Assembly: GCA_964195235.1 (NCBI GenBank)
Contig: CAXMOW010000003.1
Coordinates: 16,773-80,772 of the forward strand
Source: an uncultured Acidimicrobiia bacterium
GTDB lineage: Bacteria > Actinomycetota > Acidimicrobiia > Spongiisociales > ZC4RG35
Length of the DNA: 64,000 nt
Direction: 5' to 3'
In this document: piece by piece, positions 17,608-26,759 of the stretch
How positions within the stretch are numbered: position 1 is the stretch's first letter
Layout: every line of letters begins with the position of its first letter
Translations under genes and position numbers: made by a program
The notes under the pieces: model-generated
Told to the model about the DNA's origin: nothing
What the model saw: only the letters and a program-made list of their open reading frames with translations
Database searches by the model: none

Positions 17608-18615
17608 GTGGGCGATCAATCGAGGATCGATCAACTGGCAGCTCGTCAGTACGGCGCATTCAACAATCGCCAACTTCGAGAAGCGGGATTCGATAAGAGC
17701 GCTGTTCTGCGGCGTGTCGAGTCGGGGCGCTGGACTCGTCTCGACCATGGCGTCTATTGCGTCGCTTCTGCACCACCGAAGTGGGAACGCTTGCTGTCCG
17801 CAGCCGTTCTGAGCAGACAATCGGCAGTGGTTACCGGGAGACCAGCAGCGTATCTGGCTGGACTCCGTGGGTTTGGCCGCGTCAGACCGGTGATCTATGT
17901 GAGACGGGGTGAGAATCCCCGCTCTCAGCTCGCTCGCATTGTTCAAACGAGAATCCTTGACCAGATTGCCACCACCCGAATCTCAGGGTTTGAGGTCACC
18001 ACGGTTCCTGAAACGCTGTTGGTGCTCGCAGGAACGATGTCGCCAACGAGCCTGGAGTCAGTTTTCGACGATGCTCTGTTGTCCCAGAAGCTGGACCTTC
18101 GCCTTCTGGACTCCATCATCGACCGAGAAACCGGTCGCCGAACTCCGGGTCTGGCGAGTCTTCGACGTTTGGCCCAAGACCGCAGCTCGACGGCTCCAAG
18201 CCAGGGATCGAGTTATCTCGAGGCAATGCTCGAGTCGGTGGTTGCTCGTGGTGATCTGCCCATGTATACCCGCGAGCACCCGTTCACAATCAGATCGCGT
18301 AGGGCCCGAGTCGACCTCTACATCCCGGAGTGGAGCCTGGTGGTTGAGGTTGATGGTCGGTCTTGGCACGCCAGAACTGCTGATTTCGAAACAGATCGGC
18401 GTCGTGACAACGAGTTGGCGGCTCGTGGTATCCAGGTACTTCGATTCACCTACCAGATGTTGGCGCGCGATCCCGACGACTGCTTGCAAACGATTCTGAG
18501 TGTTGGTCGTGTTCGGGTTGCATCTGGTCGCGTTGAGCGCGACCGTACGCGAACCGAACGTTCTCATCCGACCAAGAGTGGGATCTTCACCTCGTCTTCT
18601 GACAAGCCGCCGTGA
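17608..18615 (+). CDS. DUF559 (Vsr-like endonuclease fold) protein with an AbiEi-like N-terminal wHTH
   Basis: The N-terminus (IDQLAARQYGAFNNRQLREAGFDKSAVLRRVESGRWTRLDHGVYC) is AbiEi_4-like. The C-terminus (VDLYIPEWSLVVEVDGRSWHARTADFETDRRRDNELAARGIQVLRFTYQML) is DUF559-like. GTG start. The ORF reads through the right repeat and into the antisense of the next gene before it reaches a stop. Confidence 0.75.
   Translation: MGDQSRIDQLAARQYGAFNNRQLREAGFDKSAVLRRVESGRWTRLDHGVYCVASAPPKWERLLSAAVLSRQSAVVTGRPAAYLAGLRGFGRVRPVIYVRRGENPRSQLARIVQTRILDQIATTRISGFEVTTVPETLLVLAGTMSPTSLESVFDDALLSQKLDLRLLDSIIDRETGRRTPGLASLRRLAQDRSSTAPSQGSSYLEAMLESVVARGDLPMYTREHPFTIRSRRARVDLYIPEWSLVVEVDGRSWHARTADFETDRRRDNELAARGIQVLRFTYQMLARDPDDCLQTILSVGRVRVASGRVERDRTRTERSHPTKSGIFTSSSDKPP
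18524..18560 (+). repeat. 37-bp direct repeat, right copy
   Basis: See 17529-17565. It ends 3 nt before the stop codon (18564-18566) of the convergent AlkP-family gene. Confidence 0.9.
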
Positions 18616-19640
18616 TAGCAACGCAAACGTTTGTCGAAGCCTTTGGGGAGCAAGGCGCGATTGTCGGGAGCCAGAAGCACCCGCTCACCCAAACGGGTGA
18701 GGGCCAACTTCGACGGGTCCGGACCAAGCAACTCGGTCGGATCGACCAGCTCCCCACCGGTGAGTGCTGCCAGGTCATCCATAAGCTCGGGCTGACCCCA
18801 AAGGTGCAACCCTCTGGTGTCGCCGGCAAAACGCAAACCGTCGAAATGGGGATCACGTATCAGATGCTTCTCATCCTCGTTGAACTCGACCAGACCATGG
18901 TCGGCGGTGCCCAGTAACGCCACGCCCGGCGCCAATGTCGCAGCGATGCCTTCCCAGACCGCAACGGCGGTCTTTACAGCGTCGGTGAACTCGTCGCTAG
19001 CCAGCCCAAAAACATGACCGGCGAAGTCGACGTGCGGGACGTAGGTGAAGATGAAACGTTTCGGCTCGCCAGCGAGCTGAGCGGTAGCCGTGACAAGGTC
19101 GTCAACGTCCCAGGCACCCTCAAACCGGGCTCCTCTGTAGAGGGTTCGCGATAGCGGTGAGCCGGAGAAATCACCAGGTTGGACGGTGATCGGCTCAACG
19201 CCGGCAGCTCGAAGGCGTTCCCAAAAATTTTCAGGCGGTAACACCGAGGGGTAGTCGTAGGCGACGTGCTCACCGGCCAGTGAGACCCACTTGAGGCAGT
19301 TCACGATCATGTCGAGATCGGGCATCCAGGTGAGGTGAGCCACCTGTCCGTGTTGCGACGGCGGAAGACCGGTTGCCAGGGTCGCCAGTGAAACATTGGT
19401 TGTGGTCGGGAATGGGGCATCCAACTCACCGACCGATGCCCTGGCGAGAGACCGGGCCGCAGGATGGTCAAGCTGAGCGGCACCGAGCCCGTCGAAGAGG
19501 ACGAGAACGTATGTCTCGGCATCCGGGACGAGCGACGTGTCAGCCAATCTGGGCGACCGTGAAACGCCAGTCATCCGGTGTTCGATTTCTGCGACGAGGT
19601 TGACGAGGCCGGCGCCATCGTAGGAGGGGGTTTTTGCCAT
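18564..19640 (-). CDS. Alkaline-phosphatase-superfamily protein (nucleotide pyrophosphatase/phosphodiesterase-like)
   Basis: VLVLFDGLGAAQL, PTTTNVSLATLATGLPPSQHG and LLGTADHGL are metal-ligand and nucleophile-type motifs of the AlkP/NPP family. Confidence 0.75.
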   Translation of the reverse strand: MAKTPSYDGAGLVNLVAEIEHRMTGVSRSPRLADTSLVPDAETYVLVLFDGLGAAQLDHPAARSLARASVGELDAPFPTTTNVSLATLATGLPPSQHGQVAHLTWMPDLDMIVNCLKWVSLAGEHVAYDYPSVLPPENFWERLRAAGVEPITVQPGDFSGSPLSRTLYRGARFEGAWDVDDLVTATAQLAGEPKRFIFTYVPHVDFAGHVFGLASDEFTDAVKTAVAVWEGIAATLAPGVALLGTADHGLVEFNEDEKHLIRDPHFDGLRFAGDTRGLHLWGQPELMDDLAALTGGELVDPTELLGPDPSKLALTRLGERVLLAPDNRALLPKGFDKRLRCYHGGLSEDEVKIPLLVG

Positions 19641-19726
19641 TGACTAACAGGGTATATCTCTGACTTCGACCAGGAACCGGCCATGCGTATACTCGCCCGC
19701 GGTCCGGTTTCCAGAGCGATAGAGGC

Positions 19727-20092
19727 ATGAGCGAGTATTTCGAGAGCTATCTGACTGTTGGCGCCTTCGCGGCCCTTGGCGCTGTGCTGGTGCTCGGCAT
19801 GCTCGGAGTGGCATCGATCCTGAGGCCGTCCAATCCCTCCAAGACCAAAAACATGACCTACGAATGTGGCGTCGACCCAGTCGGTTCGGGGTGGAGTCAG
19901 AGCTACGTCAGGTATTACGTATTCGGTCTTCTCTTCGTCATCTTCGATGTCGAGGCAGTCTTCATCTTCCCGTGGGCCATCAAGGTCGAGGAACTCGGCA
20001 TGTTTGGTCTCGTCGAGATGCTCCTATTCATTGGGATCCTCGTGCTCGGACTGGTCTATGCCATTCGTAAGGGCGTGCTTACGTGGGAGTAG
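19727..20092 (+). CDS. nuoA: NADH-quinone oxidoreductase subunit A (second operon)
   Basis: 121-aa three-TM protein ([31 protein letters not shown]). Confidence 0.9.
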   Translation: MSEYFESYLTVGAFAALGAVLVLGMLGVASILRPSNPSKTKNMTYECGVDPVGSGWSQSYVRYYVFGLLFVIFDVEAVFIFPWAIKVEELGMFGLVEMLLFIGILVLGLVYAIRKGVLTWE

Positions 20093-20580
20093 CCCAGAAG
20101 TTCGGAGTCCCGAAGTCGGTCTCGTGGCTCCTCAACTGGTCACGAAAATACTCATTGTGGATGTTCCAATTCGGGTTGGCCTGTTGCGCCATCGAGTTGA
20201 TGGCTGCATCCGGACCGCGCTACGACTTCATGAGGTTCGGCATCATCCCTCTCCCCGCATCGCCCCGCCAGGCAGATCTGATGGTCGTGGCTGGAACAGT
20301 CACCGACAAGATGGCGCCTTCGGTAAAACGACTCTACGACCAGATGCCCGACCCTAAATATGTCATTTCGATGGGATCGTGCGCCAACTGCGGAGGGCCT
20401 TATTGGGACTCCTATTCGGTCACCAAAGGTGTCGACCAGTTGATTCCGGTGGACATATATGTTCCTGGTTGCCCTCCCCGCCCCGAGGCCTTGATGGAGG
20501 GAATTGTCCTTCTTCAGGAGAAGATCCAGGGCGAAAACATCAAAGAAAAGTGGAATCGGCGTGACCTCGAACCCGTCTGA
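20083..20580 (+). CDS. nuoB: NADH-quinone oxidoreductase subunit B (second operon)
   Basis: All cluster-N2 cysteines are present ([26 protein letters not shown]). The GTG start overlaps nuoA. Confidence 0.95.
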   Translation: MGVAQKFGVPKSVSWLLNWSRKYSLWMFQFGLACCAIELMAASGPRYDFMRFGIIPLPASPRQADLMVVAGTVTDKMAPSVKRLYDQMPDPKYVISMGSCANCGGPYWDSYSVTKGVDQLIPVDIYVPGCPPRPEALMEGIVLLQEKIQGENIKEKWNRRDLEPV

Positions 20581-20602
20581 CATCGAGACCACGGTTCATC
20601 CG

Positions 20603-21148
20603 ATGCAGGACTTCGCCGACTCCGTTGCCGAAGTCGTTGGTGGTGTCGCAGAGATCCTCCACGACACGGTGAAGGTGACGCTTGCAAATGATCGATGGGT
20701 CAGTGCCCATTCGGTGGCTCGTGACGAGCTTGATCTCGTGTTCTTCTCGTGGCTGTCCGCTATTGATTGGGCCAACGAGGTGGAGGCCGGGGATGCTCTG
20801 AAAGATGAGGTCGAGGAGCGTCTTGAACTGCTCAGCACCGTTGGAGATCTCACCGAGGGGAAGCGTGTCACCTTTTCGACGACCCTCGATAGCGGGTTGC
20901 CGACGGTTGCGACCTTGGTCGACGTTTACGCCGGCGCCAACTGGCACGAGCGTGAGGCCGCCGAAATGTTCGGGATCGAATTCATCGGTCATCCGAACCC
21001 AACCAAGATCTATCTGCCCGACGGTTTCATTGGTAATCCGCTGCGGAAGAGTTACCCCCTTCTCAGCCGTGAGGTGAAGCCCTGGCCGGGAACCGTTGAT
21101 GTGGAGGGCATGCCGGAAGGTCCTTCAACTGAGAATCCGGAAGCCTGA
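20603..21148 (+). CDS. nuoC: NADH-quinone oxidoreductase subunit C (second operon)
   Basis: 30-kDa subunit motifs (NWHEREAAEMFGIEFIGHP). The start is ATG 20603 or GTG 20561. Confidence 0.85.
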   Translation: MQDFADSVAEVVGGVAEILHDTVKVTLANDRWVSAHSVARDELDLVFFSWLSAIDWANEVEAGDALKDEVEERLELLSTVGDLTEGKRVTFSTTLDSGLPTVATLVDVYAGANWHEREAAEMFGIEFIGHPNPTKIYLPDGFIGNPLRKSYPLLSREVKPWPGTVDVEGMPEGPSTENPEA

Positions 21149-22341
21149 TGACTGTCGACCAGGACGCCATCCGGCATCTCAGTGAGGTTCAAGTTTCGAT
21201 AGAGCTCGAGACTGAGGACATGACGCTGAACATCGGGCCACAGCATCCGTCGACTCACGGTGTGCTTCGGCTTGTCGCCCGTGTCGACGGTGAGCGTTGT
21301 TACGACGTCAAGCCCGTCATCGGCTACATGCACCGGGGTTATGAGAAGCTGTCCGAGGTCCGAACCTACCCCCAGATCACAGCCCTGATCAACCGGATCG
21401 ACTGGGTGTCTGGTTATGCAAATGAGATACCGTTTATCGTGGCGGCCGAGAAGCTGATGGAAGTAGAGGTTCCGGAGAGAGCCCAGTACATAAGGCTCAT
21501 CCTGACGGAGATGGCGCGGATCTCGTCCCACCTCATCTTCATGGCCTCCTACCCGTTGGAGCTGGGTGCTGCGACACCCCTGTTCTTTGCTCTCCGTGAA
21601 AGGGAGCGGGTTCTCGACCTGCTCGAGGGTGTGACCGGAGGTCGTTTCCATCCCAACTTCAACCGGATCGGTGGGGTAAAACCCAACTACGGCTCTGGAC
21701 CGACCACACGGAAGACGCCTCAAGATCTTCCCGCTGGATTCCTCGCTGCGACAGGCGATGCCATGGACCAGGTGCTCGGAGTGTGTGACGAAATCGAGAC
21801 ACTGGTCGCCGGTAACGAGATCATCCTGGCGCGGACCAAAGGCATCGGGATTCTTCCTCCCGAAGTGGCGGCTGCATATGGAGTTTCCGGCCCCAACCTG
21901 AGGGCCTCGGGTGTGAACTTCGACCTTCGCAAGGTCGAGAATTATCTGCCCTACGACCATTTTGATTTTGATGTTGTTGTCGGAGAGAACGGTGACTGTT
22001 GGGATCGCTGGTGGGTTCGTCTCCAGGAGATCCGGGAGGCAGCCAAGATCATCCGACAGGCCATCGATGGCATTCCCCCGTCCGGCCCACTCCAGGCCAA
22101 GGTTCCCAAGATCATCAAGGTGCCCAAAGGTGAGACCTATGTCCGCGCCGAGAATCCCAAAGGCGAGATGGGTTACTACCTGGTGTCGGATGGCGGCACC
22201 GGTCCGTATCGGCTGAAGATACGTTCTGCCAGCTTCTCGAACCTCACAATCCTGCCTTGGATCCTGGAGGGTGCACTGGTGCCTGACATCATCGCGGTGA
22301 TGGGAAGTCTCGACTTCGTGTTGGGAGACGTGGATCGATGA
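21148..22341 (+). CDS. nuoD: NADH-quinone oxidoreductase subunit D (second operon)
   Basis: 49-kDa subunit motifs (NIGPQHPSTHGVLRL, IGYMHRGYEKL, ends LGDVDR). Confidence 0.95.
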   Translation: MTVDQDAIRHLSEVQVSIELETEDMTLNIGPQHPSTHGVLRLVARVDGERCYDVKPVIGYMHRGYEKLSEVRTYPQITALINRIDWVSGYANEIPFIVAAEKLMEVEVPERAQYIRLILTEMARISSHLIFMASYPLELGAATPLFFALRERERVLDLLEGVTGGRFHPNFNRIGGVKPNYGSGPTTRKTPQDLPAGFLAATGDAMDQVLGVCDEIETLVAGNEIILARTKGIGILPPEVAAAYGVSGPNLRASGVNFDLRKVENYLPYDHFDFDVVVGENGDCWDRWWVRLQEIREAAKIIRQAIDGIPPSGPLQAKVPKIIKVPKGETYVRAENPKGEMGYYLVSDGGTGPYRLKIRSASFSNLTILPWILEGALVPDIIAVMGSLDFVLGDVDR

Positions 22342-23345
22342 TTGAGTTCATCACCGACCTCTTTTCCAACTTCTGGGTTTCGCTGGGCGGCAAGCTCCTC
22401 CTGGTGGCGCTGATGGTCCCATTGATTGGCATGGTTCTCGGGTTCGCCGAGATGAAGCTGTCGGCCAAGATGCAGTCCCGCGTCGGCCCCTATTTCGCCG
22501 GCGGACGATGGGGTTGGGCACAGCTGATCGCCGATGGAGTCAAGTTCTTCCAAAAGGAAGACATCATCCCCGACGACGCCGATACGCCAGTATTCAAGTC
22601 GGCCCCGATCCTCGTCCTCGTGGGGACGGTTGCCCTTTTCGTCGTGATCCCGTTCGGGCCCGGTCTCATTTTCAGCGACCTCGACGTCGGCATCTTCTAC
22701 GCACTGGCGATCTCCAGCTTGGCCACGATCGGTGTCTTGATGGCGGGCTGGTCATCGGCAAACAAATACTCGCTGATGGGTGGTCTACGCGCCGCCGGCC
22801 AGCTGATCGCCTACGAGCTGCCCCTGGTGCTTGCGGTGGTCGGCACAGTGATCATGGCGGGGACGATGAGCATGGAAGGAATTGTCCAAGCCCAGATCAG
22901 TGCCGGATACCCCTTTGTGATCCTGCAGTTCGTAGGTTTCGGCATTTTCATGATTGCTGCCCTCGCTGAACTCACCAGAATCCCCTTTGACATGCCTATC
23001 GCCGAATCCGAGCTGGTGATGGGATACGTAACGGAGTATTCCGGATTCCGATTCTTGTTCTTTTTCCTGGCCGAGTTCGCCAACATGTTCACGATGTCGG
23101 CGATAGCCGCCACGTTGTTCCTCGGCGGCTACTGGCTCCCCGGCGTTCCCCATTCGGTCCTGGAGTTCGCAGGGCCCGCAATCCTCATGGGCAAAGTTTT
23201 CATTCTCGCTTTCACCATGATCTGGTTCCGTTGGACATTTCCGCGTTTCCGTGAGGATCAACTCCAAACTCTGGCCTGGAAGGTTCTCGTCCCGCTCGCG
23301 CTCTTGAATATCGTGGTGACAGCGGTCTTCAAGGTGGTGCTCTGA
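22338..23345 (+). CDS. nuoH: NADH-quinone oxidoreductase subunit H (second operon)
   Basis: ND1-like (AELTRIPFDMPIAESELVMGYVTEYSG). By eye it is only about 35-40% identical to the first-operon NuoH. Confidence 0.95.
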   Translation: MIEFITDLFSNFWVSLGGKLLLVALMVPLIGMVLGFAEMKLSAKMQSRVGPYFAGGRWGWAQLIADGVKFFQKEDIIPDDADTPVFKSAPILVLVGTVALFVVIPFGPGLIFSDLDVGIFYALAISSLATIGVLMAGWSSANKYSLMGGLRAAGQLIAYELPLVLAVVGTVIMAGTMSMEGIVQAQISAGYPFVILQFVGFGIFMIAALAELTRIPFDMPIAESELVMGYVTEYSGFRFLFFFLAEFANMFTMSAIAATLFLGGYWLPGVPHSVLEFAGPAILMGKVFILAFTMIWFRWTFPRFREDQLQTLAWKVLVPLALLNIVVTAVFKVVL

Positions 23346-23842
23346 TGACCTCCAACGCGAGGCGCACCTTCCCCGGTGGCGGGATGATCAAAGGTCTCAG
23401 CCTGACGCTCACCACCATGTTCAAGACGATCTTTCGACCTAAGAAATACTTGGCCACCGTCAACTACCCGAAGGTCAAAGAAACTCCAGTTCCTAGAGCT
23501 CGCGGCGTTATCGCCCTTGACCAGGAAGCCTGCACTGTGTGCATGTTGTGCGCCAGACAGTGCCCCGATTGGTGTATCTACATCGAAGGTCACAAAGAGG
23601 AACAACCCGCATCCAAACCTGGTGGTCGGATCAAGGTCCGCGCCGAGCTCGACCGTTTCGACATCGACTACGCCCTTTGCATGTATTGCGGGATCTGTGT
23701 CGAAGTGTGTCCGTTCGACGCGCTGTTCTGGACTCCCGAATACGAGTACTCCGAGAGTCGTATGGGCGACATGCTCCACGACATGGACCGTTTACAGGAT
23801 TGGATGACAACCGTCCCCGATCACCCGGCGCTCGAAAAATGA
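23345..23842 (+). CDS. nuoI: NADH-quinone oxidoreductase subunit I (second operon)
   Basis: Two 4Fe-4S motifs (CTVCMLCARQCP, CMYCGICVEVCP). Confidence 0.9.
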   Translation: MTSNARRTFPGGGMIKGLSLTLTTMFKTIFRPKKYLATVNYPKVKETPVPRARGVIALDQEACTVCMLCARQCPDWCIYIEGHKEEQPASKPGGRIKVRAELDRFDIDYALCMYCGICVEVCPFDALFWTPEYEYSESRMGDMLHDMDRLQDWMTTVPDHPALEK

Positions 23843-24390
23843 CATTCGCGGACTGGATCAGCCAACCAGTGAACTGGGTGTTTCTCATAATCAGTGTTGC
23901 GGTGCTGGTCTCCGGATTCAGGGTTGTCACCTCCAAGAATCTGGTGCATGCCGCCCTGTTTTTGGTGGGCGCCCTTGCGGGCACTGCAGGGCTCTTTCTG
24001 CTGCTGTCGGCCGAGTTCGTGGCTTGGGTCCTCGTGCTCGTCTACATCGGCGCCGTCGTTGTCCTGTTCTTGTTCGGGATCATGATCACCAGGGCACCTA
24101 CAGGGTTCGACGAGGGGCTGGACGCCGACCACAAGGCAATGCCGGCGATTCTTGCGGCCGGTGTGTTCCTGATGATGGCCTGGTCTTCGGTCGACGCATT
24201 TGGAGCCGAATTAATCAGCTCGACGGGGAGTCCCACCTCAACGGAGCTGATTGGGGAGTCGCTCTTTGGGCGTTTCGTGATCCCTTTTGAAGTTGTGTCC
24301 TTTGTTCTCCTTGCAGCCTTGATCGGCGGGATCACCATTGCCCGCCGCGACCTGACCCCGCTCGAGGAAGAGGAAAGAGGCGCCGTCTGA
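23839..24390 (+). CDS. nuoJ: NADH-quinone oxidoreductase subunit J (second operon)
   Basis: The ATG at 23839 overlaps the nuoI stop (ATGA). Hydrophobic 183-aa product. The longer ORF from 23539 was rejected. Confidence 0.85.
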   Translation: MTFADWISQPVNWVFLIISVAVLVSGFRVVTSKNLVHAALFLVGALAGTAGLFLLLSAEFVAWVLVLVYIGAVVVLFLFGIMITRAPTGFDEGLDADHKAMPAILAAGVFLMMAWSSVDAFGAELISSTGSPTSTELIGESLFGRFVIPFEVVSFVLLAALIGGITIARRDLTPLEEEERGAV

Positions 24391-24695
24391 TGATGCTCAC
24401 TCAATTCCTTGTCCTGGCCGCAGCTCTGTTTGCCATGGGCGTTTACGGCCTTCTGGTGCGACGCAACATTGTCCTGATCCTGCTTTCGGTTGAACTGATG
24501 CTGAACGCGGTGAACATCAATCTTGTCGCCTTCGAAGCTTATTTGGTGACGCCGGAGGCGATCGGTCAGATCTTCGCCATCTTTGTCATCACGGTCGCCG
24601 CCGCCGAGGTCGGGATTGGCCTTGCGATCGTCCTGATGATCTTCAGAAACCGTAAATCCGCCAACGTCGACGACCTGAGTCTGATGCGATGGTGA
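24390..24695 (+). CDS. nuoK: NADH-quinone oxidoreductase subunit K (second operon)
   Basis: 101 aa, three TM segments (LSVELMLNAVNINLVAF). Confidence 0.9.
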   Translation: MMLTQFLVLAAALFAMGVYGLLVRRNIVLILLSVELMLNAVNINLVAFEAYLVTPEAIGQIFAIFVITVAAAEVGIGLAIVLMIFRNRKSANVDDLSLMRW

Positions 24696-26734
24696 GTGCT
24701 GTTTTCAAGCTCGCATTGATCGCCGCCGAAGAGGGCGAACATGTAGAGGTTCGAGCTGGAGATGGTGGCTTCTGGGCTGACACTGCCGGGATCATGTTGG
24801 TGTTGCCTGTCATAGCTTTCCTGGTGATCCTGGTCGTTGGGAAGCGGATGAAATACAAAGGTGGCGAGATTGCCGTCGCCGCTCTCGCGATCAATCTGGT
24901 CTGGGCATCGGCGTTGTTCATCCTGAACGCCACCGGTGGCGTAATCGACCAGACCACTTTTGAGATTGGCCGAATTGGCAGTGGTCTCGTCTTCGAACTC
25001 GGTTGGTTGGTCGACGGTCTCTCAATCCTGATGTTCTGGCTAGTCAACTTTGTTGGTCTTCTCGTATTCATCTACGCACTGGGATATATGCACGGTGACC
25101 GCAGGGTCGACTGGTTCTTTGCAGCCTTCTCGCTGTTCGCCGGCGCGATGCTGATACTCGTCGGCGCACCCAACCTGATCCAGCTCATCATCGGATGGGA
25201 AGGCGTCGGTCTCGCGTCTTACTTCCTGATCGGGTTCTATTGGGAAGACCTGGCCAACGTGAAGGCAGGCAACAAGGCTTTCATGGTCAACAAACTGGCC
25301 GACGTGGGTCTGGTACTCGGCGCCATCCTGGTAGGTGTCGCCCTGGGAACTTGGGACTTTGGTGCTATCGACCTCGCTGCTTTTGCGGGCAACGCCGAAC
25401 TGGCCGCCGTTGCCGGGGTAGGAGGCCTCCTCCTTTTCATCGGGGCGATGGGCAAAAGTGCGCAGTTTCCGTTCCACATCTGGCTCCCCGACGCCATGGC
25501 CGGGCCGACGCCGGTGTCAGCTCTTATGCACGCAGCCACGATGGTCACCGCTGGTATTTACCTGATGGCTCGGCTCTTTCCGCTGTTCGAATACATGGCC
25601 AGCAACGTTCGAACGATCATGATCGTGATCGGCACGATCACTTTGTTTGGCGTCGGGCTGTTGGCGATTGTGGCCAACGACATCAAGAAGGTTCTGGCCT
25701 ACTCCACCGTGTCCCAACTTGGATACATGATGACGGCCCTCGCAGCCGGTGGTTATACCGCGGGCCTGTTCCACCTCTTTACCCACGCCGCTTTCAAGGC
25801 TCTTCTCTTCCTTTGTGCAGGCTCGGTAATCCATGCAGTCCACTCCAACAACATGAGCGACATGGGTGGTCTCCGCAAGTACACACCCACAACGTTCTGG
25901 ACGTGGATCGTCGGTGCCCTTGCTCTTTCCGGAATCGGCCTTTCCGGCTTCTGGTCAAAGGACGAGATCCTGGGAACACTCAGTCAAAGCGGCTACGAGG
26001 CGGTCATGTGGATTTCTGTGGCGGGCGCATTTGTCACCGCCTTCTATATGGCTCGGGCCACTTTCCTCACGTTCTTCGGCACCTACAAGGGTGAAGGTGA
26101 ACCGCACGAGTCGCCGAAGATCATGACAGTCCCTCTAGTCATCCTCGCTGTGCCCAGTGCGCTCATGGGGGTCCTCAATATCCCGGGTCTCACATACGGT
26201 CGGGTACAGAATTTCACCGAGTGGCTTTCGGTACGGCTCGTGCCGATGGGTGATCATCACGCCGAGACAATCGATTGGGGTCTGGCGATCATTGGTCTCG
26301 CCGCCGCACTTCTCGGGGTTCTCGTGGGCTATGTCATCTATTTCAAGGACGCCGAAACTCAGCTCGAGCGAGATTCGTTCGAGGTTCCATTGCTCTTCCC
26401 GCTCTTGCGGAAGAAGTACTACATCGACGATCTCGCCCTCGGAATCGTGGGTCTCTTCACCGGTCCGTTTGCTCGCTTCGTCAATTGGACCAACACCTAC
26501 GTCATCGACAGCATCCCCAATGCAATCGGTGGTTCGGTGAAGGCCCTTGGAGGATTTGTATACGGCATCCTCGATCAAAAGGGTGTCGATGGAGTTTTCA
26601 ACGGTTTGTCGGCAGCAACCGACGGAGCCGGATCTGTGGTTCGGAAGTGGCAGACCGGTCGTGTTCAGCAGTACGCAGCCTCTTTCGTGGCGGGCGCACT
26701 CATCCTTGTAGCTCTATTTGTATTTGTGATTTGA
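24689..26734 (+). CDS. nuoL: NADH-quinone oxidoreductase subunit L (second operon)
   Basis: 681 aa (GWEGVGLASYFLIGFYW, SAQFPFHIWLPDAMAGPTPVSALMHAATMV). It carries an N-terminal extension of about 35 aa that the operon-1 NuoL lacks. Confidence 0.95.
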   Translation: MVSAVFKLALIAAEEGEHVEVRAGDGGFWADTAGIMLVLPVIAFLVILVVGKRMKYKGGEIAVAALAINLVWASALFILNATGGVIDQTTFEIGRIGSGLVFELGWLVDGLSILMFWLVNFVGLLVFIYALGYMHGDRRVDWFFAAFSLFAGAMLILVGAPNLIQLIIGWEGVGLASYFLIGFYWEDLANVKAGNKAFMVNKLADVGLVLGAILVGVALGTWDFGAIDLAAFAGNAELAAVAGVGGLLLFIGAMGKSAQFPFHIWLPDAMAGPTPVSALMHAATMVTAGIYLMARLFPLFEYMASNVRTIMIVIGTITLFGVGLLAIVANDIKKVLAYSTVSQLGYMMTALAAGGYTAGLFHLFTHAAFKALLFLCAGSVIHAVHSNNMSDMGGLRKYTPTTFWTWIVGALALSGIGLSGFWSKDEILGTLSQSGYEAVMWISVAGAFVTAFYMARATFLTFFGTYKGEGEPHESPKIMTVPLVILAVPSALMGVLNIPGLTYGRVQNFTEWLSVRLVPMGDHHAETIDWGLAIIGLAAALLGVLVGYVIYFKDAETQLERDSFEVPLLFPLLRKKYYIDDLALGIVGLFTGPFARFVNWTNTYVIDSIPNAIGGSVKALGGFVYGILDQKGVDGVFNGLSAATDGAGSVVRKWQTGRVQQYAASFVAGALILVALFVFVI

Positions 26735-26759
26735 GAAACGTTCAGAGAGGCTGATAACA

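Noticed and set aside
17608-18615. Interpreting the AbiEi-like/DUF559 gene as part of an AbiE-type toxin-antitoxin or abortive-infection defence system.
   Set aside because: No AbiEii-type nucleotidyltransferase toxin or any other defence gene is adjacent. The gene is a lone insertion between housekeeping-type genes.
19641-19726. Promoter for the second nuo operon (TATACT at 19688-19693 with a weak TTCGAC 17 nt upstream).
   Set aside because: The -35 match is poor and actinobacterial promoters are degenerate. It is too weak to report as a feature without start-site data.
21052-21960. 302-aa ORF antisense to nuoD. Similar long antisense or alternate-frame ORFs are at 49474-50352, 50124-51113, 34568-35392, 37930-38625, 40564-41109 and 31329-31964.
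   Set aside because: All lie opposite or out of frame with genes that have strong family motifs. Their products are Arg/Pro/Gly/Ser-rich with no recognisable motifs. Long spurious ORFs of this kind are expected in high-GC DNA.
23539-23838. N-terminal extensions of several track ORFs: nuoJ2 from 23539, guaA from 38679, nuoI from 3308, the anti-sigma-like gene from 36083, hutH up to 59903, and moaA from 11373.
   Set aside because: The extensions overlap the preceding well-supported gene in another frame and are compositionally aberrant. Internal starts that give ATGA/TGATG coupling and family-typical N-termini were preferred.
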